Assembly (NCBI GenBank): GCA_025349965.1
Contig: CP075337.1
Location: 748,699 to 780,698 of the forward strand
Direction of reading: 5' to 3'
DNA: 32,000 bases
From: Candidatus Saccharimonadota bacterium
GTDB taxonomy: Bacteria > Patescibacteriota > Saccharimonadia > Saccharimonadales > Saccharimonadaceae
A program made the translations under genes and the position numbers. Below the pieces are notes generated by a model. It saw only the letters and a list, made by a program, of their open reading frames with translations. It had not been told where the DNA came from and made no database searches. This document shows, piece after piece, positions 16,344 to 22,779 of the stretch; positions within the stretch are counted from its first letter, which is position 1, and each line of letters starts with the position of its first letter.

Positions 16344-18029
16344 CTACATCTTGGTTGGCACTTCTATTCCAAGAAGCGCGAGTGCATGCGTGAAAACATG
16401 GGAAACTTTCGTAAGCACACCAAGGCGCGCCCGACGCTCATCATCAGACACTTCGCCAGTTGCGATAGGCGTCTTCTCATAGTAGCGGTTCATCTCACGA
16501 GCAAGCTCATAGATATAGTTTGCAACCTTATGCGGTTCAATGTCACGAGCCGCTGCGTTTACAACACTTGGATACTCAAGAAGTTTCGCAAGTACGTCCT
16601 TTTCCGCCACATAGTCATAGGTATCTACAAAAGCATCACCGCGACCATACTCATCAAGAATTTTATTCACGCGCACTGCTGCATACTGAACATACGGTCC
16701 ACTCATACCGGTAAGCGCAAAAATCGTCTTCCAGTCAAACAAAATATTTGTTCGGCGGTCAGAAATAAAGTCAGTAAACTTAATTGCGCCAAGGGCAATC
16801 TTCTTAATATCATCTTCCGAGATATCTCGATCACCAACGGTCTCGCGAGCCTTCGCCTCAGCCTGATCAAGCAGCTCTTCCATAAGCACCACACCCTTAC
16901 GGCTGCTCATTTTCTCGCGTGTGCCATCCTCGTTAAGCTGGTCAATAACGCCAAACCAAAGGTGGTAAAGGTCGGTGGTGATACCAAGTTTCTTCGCCAT
17001 TGCAAAGAGTTGCGAAAAGTAAAACTGCTGCTCTGCGCCCACTGAGTAAATAACTTTATCAGGCTTGATAGTTTCTTCACGGTACAGAATAGTAGCGAGG
17101 TCAGTAGTGGCATAGAGCGCCGCTCCATTACTCTTCTGTACGAGTAGTGGCACATCAAATCCGAACTCATCAAGTGGCACAATTATAGAGCCGTCGCCAT
17201 TCTGAACTGCAACACCCTCATTAAGAAGCTTTTTCACAGCATCCTTGCCTTTCGGTGCAAAGAACGCCTCACCAAGCTCATAATCGGTTGAGATCTTAAG
17301 GCGATTCATTACAGTATGAATATGGTCAAGTGAAATAGTATTGAATCGCTCACTGTAGGCAACCGCTTCTTTATCACCCGCTTCATATTTCAAGAGCCAG
17401 TCCTGCACCTCATCTGCAAGCGTTGCTTCGCCGCGCTCAGCCTCTTCTTTGAGCGCTCTCTTTGTCTCAATATATACACGACCAAGTTCATACACTCCAC
17501 CCTCTTCGAGTGCCGCATCATTAGAAAACTTCTTGAACCCAGTAATCCAAATACCGAGCGGTGCGCCGTAATCACCAAGGTGGTTATCAGTAATGACCTT
17601 CCAGCCGGTCGCCTCCATCAATTGACGCGCTGCCCAGCCCTGGTTCCCAGGACGGAGGTGCCCAACGCTGTACGGTTTTGCCATATTTGGGCTTGGATAT
17701 TCAACTACTACTGTCTTACCAGCACCCTCTGTTGAATTTCCATAAGTATCGCTCCATTCGTCGTTAAGACTCTTCACTAGGGCGCTCGCTGAAATGCGCA
17801 CGTTAATAAACCCTGGACCCGCAATGGTCACATCAGAATAAGCCCCTGATTCTTTGAGTTTAGCTGCAATCTCTTCTGCAATCTCGCGCGGATTCTTACC
17901 CACCTGCTTTGCAAGCTGCAATGCGATATTTGTGGCATAATCACCAAATTCCGGCGCAGGACGAGATACCTGTGGCTGGACTTCAAGGTTGTAGAGTTCG
18001 TGAATAATTTGAGAAAGATTTGTTTCCAT
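16344..18029 (-). CDS. argS: Arginine--tRNA ligase
   Basis: 561 aa. Class I motifs PNMAKPYSVGHLR (HIGH-like) and MSSRKG (KMSKS-like). The anticodon-binding C-terminus ends ...PTKM. Confidence 0.95.
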   Translation of the reverse strand: METNLSQIIHELYNLEVQPQVSRPAPEFGDYATNIALQLAKQVGKNPREIAEEIAAKLKESGAYSDVTIAGPGFINVRISASALVKSLNDEWSDTYGNSTEGAGKTVVVEYPSPNMAKPYSVGHLRPGNQGWAARQLMEATGWKVITDNHLGDYGAPLGIWITGFKKFSNDAALEEGGVYELGRVYIETKRALKEEAERGEATLADEVQDWLLKYEAGDKEAVAYSERFNTISLDHIHTVMNRLKISTDYELGEAFFAPKGKDAVKKLLNEGVAVQNGDGSIIVPLDEFGFDVPLLVQKSNGAALYATTDLATILYREETIKPDKVIYSVGAEQQFYFSQLFAMAKKLGITTDLYHLWFGVIDQLNEDGTREKMSSRKGVVLMEELLDQAEAKARETVGDRDISEDDIKKIALGAIKFTDFISDRRTNILFDWKTIFALTGMSGPYVQYAAVRVNKILDEYGRGDAFVDTYDYVAEKDVLAKLLEYPSVVNAAARDIEPHKVANYIYELAREMNRYYEKTPIATGEVSDDERRARLGVLTKVSHVFTHALALLGIEVPTKM

Positions 18030-18070
18030 CTCTGTTATTGTACGCTCTTTGGGGTGGATTTACTAGTTAC

Positions 18071-18193
18071 TCAAAAAGGGTAATGATCGAAACATCCAGC
18101 CCTCACTGCAAGCTCTTCTTGTGAGAGTCCTTCTTGACGTCGCAATATTGCGACACGCTTTGTAAATTTTCGCAAGAAACGTTCTTGGTTCAT
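18071..18193 (-). pseudogene. Truncated XRE-family helix-turn-helix remnant
   Basis: MNQERFLRKFTKRVAILRRQEGLSQEELAVRAG matches the first helices of an XRE HTH. It then stops after 40 aa, before the recognition helix would be complete. Confidence 0.4.
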
Positions 18194-18209
18194 ATTGTAA
18201 CCATAAACA

Positions 18210-18221
18210 ATACAATTGTAT
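18210..18221. promoter_or_regulatory. Perfect 12-bp palindrome ATACAATTGTAT in the divergent HTH-remnant/pilin intergenic region (operator-like)
   Basis: The sequence is its own reverse complement. A further inverted copy, ATTGTA, lies at 18195-18200. Confidence 0.35.
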
Positions 18222-18251
18222 AGGAACATAAGCAGCTGTATAGTAAATAGC

Positions 18252-18878
18252 ATGAAAGGCAACTATAATACACGGGTCGGCTTTACGATTGTCGAGCTCT
18301 TAATTGTCGTAATAGTAATCGCAATACTCGCCGCGATTACCATTGTTGCCTATAACGGAATAACAAATCGAGCGAAGGATGCGGCCATGGCGTCAACCGC
18401 CAGCGCATTAGAGAAGCAGACGCTCATTAATAAAAATGTTAAATTTAACGGTTGGATACTTGACCCATCACCACTCCCAGCTACACGAGATGAATTTATA
18501 GAACGTCAACACTATCAAGCAATGAAAGAGAAGCTTTGCATTATTGAATATGAAGAGGCGTGCAATCCAGAGCTAGTACAGTATGAGGTGCCATTATATG
18601 ACAAATCAAAAGTATACATACATATCAGCTCACACCAATGTGGTGGCGCACCGTTCTCTACCAGTATAAATTTCTCCCACTGGAGTAATGAAAAATCTCG
18701 ATGGATAGACACCACGCTACGCACAGGATTTCAAAGCTGTAGCTACAACAACTCCATAAACGGCGCCTTTCAAGAATCAACCGAAGGCTACGAACGCCGT
18801 TGCCTTCCGCTTTCGGTCATAGCCTTAGAGAGCGCATTCGATGAGGCTTGTCGACTCGTAGGGCCAACCGCAGACTAA
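18252..18878 (+). CDS. Type IV pilin-like protein with a Cys-rich C-terminal domain of unknown family
   Basis: MKGNYNTRVG|FTIVELLIVVIVIAILAAITIVAYNG is a canonical G/FTxxE prepilin cleavage and methylation motif. There are six Cys in the C-terminal 130 aa. Confidence 0.8.
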   Translation: MKGNYNTRVGFTIVELLIVVIVIAILAAITIVAYNGITNRAKDAAMASTASALEKQTLINKNVKFNGWILDPSPLPATRDEFIERQHYQAMKEKLCIIEYEEACNPELVQYEVPLYDKSKVYIHISSHQCGGAPFSTSINFSHWSNEKSRWIDTTLRTGFQSCSYNNSINGAFQESTEGYERRCLPLSVIALESAFDEACRLVGPTAD

Positions 18879-20476
18879 ATATCGCCAATAGCCCGCATAA
18901 GCCCCACGAACAAGGGGTGCGCCCTATCTGGCCGACTCTTAAATTCTGGATGTGCTTGTGTTGCGACAAAGTATGGGTGATTTTTTGCCTCCACAAACTC
19001 AACAAGTTCACCATCTGGTGAAGTCCCTGAAACCGTCAATCCGCCAGCCTCGACTTCAGAAATAAACTGTCGATTTACCTCATAGCGATGGCGGTGGCGT
19101 TCTGTGATATTTTGTACACCGTATAACTGTGCAGTCTTTGAGCCCTTCTTTAGGGTCGCTTGGTAATCACCGAGTCGTAGTGTCCCACCAGTCGACTCTT
19201 TACCCGCCTGTCCGTCCATAATATAAACAACGTCATGCTTAGTCTTTGCGTCAAATTCAGTACTGTTTGCACCCTTCAATCCGCCAAGGCGAGCAGCTGC
19301 AATAACCGCAACCTGCATACCTAAGCAAATACCCAAATAGGGGACGTTGTTTTGAAGTGCATACGTCGCTGCGGCAACCTTGCCCTCAACGCCACGCGCA
19401 CCGAATCCGCCAGGAACAAGCAAGGCGTCTACACCCGAAAACTCTTTCTCACTAGACTTTTCAGCATCAAGCCATGCGATATTGAGTTCTACTTTTTCCT
19501 GCCATGCAGCGGCACGCAACGCCTCAAGCACAGATAAGTACGTGTCTTCATTATCAAGGTATTTCGCGACAAGCCCAACGGTCACTTTTTTTGCATACGA
19601 GGCCTGTTGCGCCTTTGCAAGCTGCTTCCACTTTTTCAAATCTGGCTTTTCTGAATTACCAATAAACTCATCGAGCACCGGACCAATACCGCTCGCATAA
19701 ATAGTAAGAGGAATTTCGTACACTGTTTTCGCGTTCGGAAGGAGCACAACGCCACCTTCACGAACGCCACCAAATCGACCAATCTTCTCTGCAATAGCGT
19801 GCGGTGCGGGCGCTTCAGTCCGCACCACTACACAATCAGGCGTAATACCGAAGCCACGAAGTTCGTGTAGTGCATTTTGCGCAGGCTTTGATTTAAACTC
19901 TTTACTCGTTTCAATAAATGGTGCATACACTACGTGCACGTAGAGGCAGTTTTCACGCCCCACCTGACCGGCAAAATCACGAATCGCCTCAACAAAGCTC
20001 AGTCCTTCGTAGTCACCGACCGTTCCGCCGATTTCAACAATATGCACATCGGAACCTTCGCCCGCATCAACAATCGCCTGTTTAATTGCGTTCGTAAGAT
20101 GTGGCACAAGTTGTACTGTTTGTCCGTTAAATTTTCCAGCACGCTCGTCGGCAATGAGTTGACTCAAGAGGCGACCGGAAAGCGTCGTACTCTTTTGTGT
20201 TAATTCAATATCCAAAAATCGTTCATAATGACCCAGATCAAGATCTGTCTCCGCCCCATCTTTCGTGACGAAACACTCACCATGCTCCCTAGGATTCAAA
20301 AGGCCCGCATCTACATTGAGATACGGGTCACACTTTTGAATAGAGACTTTACTCCCTTTGGCCTGCAAAATAGCACCGATACTTGCAGCGGTAATACCCT
20401 TACCAACGCCCGAAAGCACACCCCCAGTTACAAAAATATATTTTTGTTTCTCCCCCATGTCTGTACCTACCTCCAT
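18875..20476 (-). CDS. pyrG: CTP synthase
   Basis: KYIFVTGGVLSGVGKGI, and glutaminase domain GICLGMQ with HRHRYEVN. The alternative start ATG 20458 (MGEKQKYIF) is preceded by GGAGGT. Confidence 0.95.
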   Translation of the reverse strand: MEVGTDMGEKQKYIFVTGGVLSGVGKGITAASIGAILQAKGSKVSIQKCDPYLNVDAGLLNPREHGECFVTKDGAETDLDLGHYERFLDIELTQKSTTLSGRLLSQLIADERAGKFNGQTVQLVPHLTNAIKQAIVDAGEGSDVHIVEIGGTVGDYEGLSFVEAIRDFAGQVGRENCLYVHVVYAPFIETSKEFKSKPAQNALHELRGFGITPDCVVVRTEAPAPHAIAEKIGRFGGVREGGVVLLPNAKTVYEIPLTIYASGIGPVLDEFIGNSEKPDLKKWKQLAKAQQASYAKKVTVGLVAKYLDNEDTYLSVLEALRAAAWQEKVELNIAWLDAEKSSEKEFSGVDALLVPGGFGARGVEGKVAAATYALQNNVPYLGICLGMQVAVIAAARLGGLKGANSTEFDAKTKHDVVYIMDGQAGKESTGGTLRLGDYQATLKKGSKTAQLYGVQNITERHRHRYEVNRQFISEVEAGGLTVSGTSPDGELVEFVEAKNHPYFVATQAHPEFKSRPDRAHPLFVGLMRAIGDI

Positions 20477-20567
20477 GGGACTTCATTATAGCACGATTTT
20501 TAGCCAATGCGCTATATATAGAGTGTTGTAGTATTTGCTAATACACCACATGTAGCGGATTAATACG

Positions 20568-20810
20568 TCAAGCTGCGAGTGCCCTGGCACCAAGTTCTGT
20601 ATTTATTTGATGCAGTCGCCCCTCGTAAAACTCCTTATTCTTAAGCACCTCCTGGCGGTCTGCTTCATAAAAATTAGGTGCCTGCAGGTTCTTCTCTATT
20701 TTTTCTATCGTATCAACGAGATGATCCCGTTGTTCAAGTAATTCCACTCTCGAAAACTCCTGTAGTGTTCTTACAGTATGTATCATACCTTTGTCTCTCT
20801 TTTGTCTCAT
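20568..20810 (-). CDS. Hypothetical 80-aa helical protein
   Basis: This ORF fills the gap between the ORF56 terminator and the pyrG promoter. It is charged and coiled-coil-like. It is one of only two ORFs here ending in TGA, so it is doubtful. Confidence 0.35.
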   Translation of the reverse strand: MRQKRDKGMIHTVRTLQEFSRVELLEQRDHLVDTIEKIEKNLQAPNFYEADRQEVLKNKEFYEGRLHQINTELGARALAA

Positions 20811-20832
20811 TTTTTATTTTAATCAGCTGAAC

Positions 20833-20867
20833 ATAAAAAATGCACCACCTCCCGAGTAATGCATTTT
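20833..20867 (-). terminator. Intrinsic terminator after the 56-aa ORF
   Basis: AAAATGCA ... TGCATTTT outer stem with an inner GC-containing stem. On the minus strand a T6 run follows. Confidence 0.6.
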
Positions 20868-20875
20868 AACTTTGG

Positions 20876-21046
20876 CTATTGGCAGCCAAGACACATTGTA
20901 AGATCGGCCGGGTCCGCCTGAACTGTCACGCCAGCGGTTTGAGTTTTTTGCTGTGCAAGTGCCATTGCATTCGCCATCGCCGCGTCAATTGCAGCAAGCT
21001 TTTCATCAAGTGTCATTTCATCTGATATGATAGCGTTTGAGTTCAT
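20876..21046 (-). CDS. 56-aa protein ending in CxxC (MNSNAIISDEMTLDEKLAAIDAAMANAMALAQQKTQTAGVTVQADPADLTMCLGCQ)
   Basis: Below the ORF-track size cut-off and found by manual translation. GGGGAGAA RBS lies 6 nt upstream of the ATG. It has its own promoter (TAGACA-16-TATAAT) and its own terminator. Confidence 0.55.
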   Translation of the reverse strand: MNSNAIISDEMTLDEKLAAIDAAMANAMALAQQKTQTAGVTVQADPADLTMCLGCQ

Positions 21047-21100
21047 GTTGGTTTCTCCCCTATTTTTTCTTATACACTTATATGGTGCTTATGTTTATTT

Positions 21101-21129
21101 ATTATACGCCACATATAGCGTTTGTCTAC
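21101..21129 (-). promoter_or_regulatory. Promoter of the 56-aa ORF with an NrdR-box-like 16-mer in the spacer
   Basis: Minus strand TAGACA (-35), a 16-nt spacer, then TATAAT. The minus-strand 16-mer ACGCTATATGTGGCGT (21106-21121) covers most of the spacer and its last base overlaps the -10. It matches 12/16 positions of the NrdR box consensus acaCwAtATaTwGtgt as I recall it. A degenerate second box is centred near 21081, about 32 bp away. Confidence 0.45.
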
Positions 21130-21533
21130 ACATTTTTGGTGTAAAAATACCAACGTTTTTCTGAGGATTTCTCTGTGTTCGGTTGCCCCAGAGGTACTCG
21201 ATATGCACTAACGCCATCAAAGACTGGCGGAATGCTTCCGAACGTTGCAACAACTATATCAAACGCTTTTTCAGCCTCCTCCCCAGCAAGTTTCTGGGCT
21301 AGGCCAGAAATATACGCACCATTTTGACCATTCTCCGTAGACCATAGGGCTATACTCACTCGTGGGTCATTTTCTACGTTGAGTGAATGCTGATGGGTGT
21401 CTTTTGAGAACCAATAAACAGCTTCGTTATCTGCTAATATGTGCACTGGAGTCGCCCACGGCGAACCATCCACGTTTAGAGTTGCGAGTGTACCAACTCG
21501 ATTATTACTTAAGATTGCTTGAATGTTTTCCAT
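21126..21533 (-). CDS. Pyridoxamine 5'-phosphate oxidase-family (FMN-binding split-barrel) protein
   Basis: VGTLATLNVDGSPWATPVHILADNEAVYWFSKDTHQHSLNVENDPRVSIALW fits the PNPOx-like fold signature. Its ATG lies 1 nt after the nrdB stop. Confidence 0.7.
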   Translation of the reverse strand: MENIQAILSNNRVGTLATLNVDGSPWATPVHILADNEAVYWFSKDTHQHSLNVENDPRVSIALWSTENGQNGAYISGLAQKLAGEEAEKAFDIVVATFGSIPPVFDGVSAYRVPLGQPNTEKSSEKRWYFYTKNV

Positions 21534-21534
21534 A

Positions 21535-22533
21535 CTACTTTGTACTATTCACTTCGTAACTTGTATTAGTACTTTCAAAGAAATTCACAAGTTCGAGCGT
21601 GTCGTTCGCAGCAGCCATCCACTTGGCAGGATTTGAAACATTATATTCTGGTTCAAACCCAAGTTCTTCAAGGCGGCGATCAGTCATGTGCATGACATAT
21701 TGATTCACATAGTCGGCATTAAGACCGAGAATACCATTTGGCAGCATGTCTTCGTTATATGCTTTCTCGAGCTCTACTGCTTCAAGGATAAGCGCACGGA
21801 TTTCATCGGCAAATTCTTGTGTTTGCAGTTCAGGATTTTCATCAAGAATAGTGAGGAGTAGGTTGATTCCAAAGGTGAGGTGGAGGTTTTCATCGCGAGT
21901 AATCCAATCGAGGAGTGATCCAACGTTACGAAGGAGGTTACGTTGACGGAAACTCATACCAACCATAAAGCCAGAGTAAAACCAAATACCCTCAAGCACA
22001 ATATTGTACGCCACGAGCGAGCGAACAAAATCCTTCTTGCCTTCAAGCGTGTAGATATCAAGATTCGGATCAAGCATCACTTCAAGGTGCTTATTCTGGA
22101 ACGCCGCCTTGTCCGCGAGTGACTTTTTACCAAAGCCGGCTGAATAAATTTCCTCACGGTCAAATGGAAACGTCTCAATAATATACTCAAACGTCATGAA
22201 GTGATTTGCCTCTTCCCACATCTGCTTTGAGAGATAAATCTGCGCCTCAGCCGCGTTTACGTACGGATAAATACCGAACGCGAGCGACTTGTTAATAAGG
22301 AGCTCATTTGGGTTGAGGTAGCTAATTACCGTCTTAAGCGCATGCTTCTCTTCATCCGTAAGCTTATCGAAATCGGCAAGATCCTGAACAAGCTGCACTT
22401 CGTTTGGAAACCATGTATTTGATACTGCCTGGTCATAGAGGTCCTTCGCCCACTGATAGCGAATGGGCTTAAGCTGTAGCCCGTCGCGAAGACCAGAGCC
22501 GAGAATTCCATGTGGTTGATTATTATCTGCCAT
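21535..22533 (-). CDS. nrdB: Ribonucleotide reductase beta subunit, class Ic-like (Phe at the radical-Tyr position)
   Basis: Metal ligands E77 (NPNELLIN), E108-x-x-H111 (WEEANH), VLEGIWFYSGF and RDENLHLTF. Residue H111+4 is F115, where class Ia has Tyr. The C-terminus is NFFESTNTSYEVNSTK. GGAGGAATT RBS. Confidence 0.9.
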   Translation of the reverse strand: MADNNQPHGILGSGLRDGLQLKPIRYQWAKDLYDQAVSNTWFPNEVQLVQDLADFDKLTDEEKHALKTVISYLNPNELLINKSLAFGIYPYVNAAEAQIYLSKQMWEEANHFMTFEYIIETFPFDREEIYSAGFGKKSLADKAAFQNKHLEVMLDPNLDIYTLEGKKDFVRSLVAYNIVLEGIWFYSGFMVGMSFRQRNLLRNVGSLLDWITRDENLHLTFGINLLLTILDENPELQTQEFADEIRALILEAVELEKAYNEDMLPNGILGLNADYVNQYVMHMTDRRLEELGFEPEYNVSNPAKWMAAANDTLELVNFFESTNTSYEVNSTK

Positions 22534-22542
22534 AATTCCTCC

Positions 22543-22779
22543 TTAAAATAGTGCCATTTCTTGTGTTACCATTACTTCTTCATTGTCCACACCCACATAA
22601 CTCGCCGGGGGCTGATACGCCTCTCTACTCATTACAAAGAGCGCCGTCCTACCGAGATGATTGTCGATTGCGCATAGTTCGTCCAGCAATTCAGCCTGAA
22701 GGCCTTCGGAATAAGATTGAGTCGCAAGACTCTCGGCTATTTCTCCACGCACGCTCACGAGTGCTTCCGTTTCCACCAT
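22543..22779 (-). CDS. Hypothetical acidic 78-aa protein encoded between nrdA and nrdB
   Basis: The ATG shares a base with the nrdA stop (TAATG). The ORF ends 9 nt before nrdB. Net charge is about -10 and there is one Cys. No family recognised. Confidence 0.5.
   Translation of the reverse strand: MVETEALVSVRGEIAESLATQSYSEGLQAELLDELCAIDNHLGRTALFVMSREAYQPPASYVGVDNEEVMVTQEMALF

Noticed and set aside
16386-17045. 219-aa plus-strand ORF inside argS, and similar long antisense ORFs in nrdA (23250..23864, 23868..24389), rpoD (10959..11471), dnaG (12387..13178) and the malic enzyme gene (25448..25969)
   Set aside because: All are antisense to genes with strong family signatures. None has a recognisable motif, RBS or promoter.
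18071-18262. The full 63-aa form of the minus-strand ORF, starting at 18262
   Set aside because: The first 23 residues (MPFMLFTIQLLMFLYNCIVYGYN) overlap the pilin gene start and promoter and look non-coding. Only the part from MNQ (18193) resembles an HTH.
20568-20570. TGA reassigned as a sense codon (code 4 or 25)
   Set aside because: No confident gene contains an in-frame TGA, and all conserved proteins are full length under the standard code. Reading through the two TGA stops adds only 9-11 uninformative codons before TAG or TAA. TGA looks avoided, not recoded.
21535-21560. NrdB seemed to lack the C-terminal R1-binding tail, with only 6 residues after the PCET Tyr
   Set aside because: As I recall, the class Ic R2 of C. 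trachomatis also has only about 8 residues after the equivalent Tyr (Y338 of 346). The short tail is therefore consistent with the class rather than a truncation.
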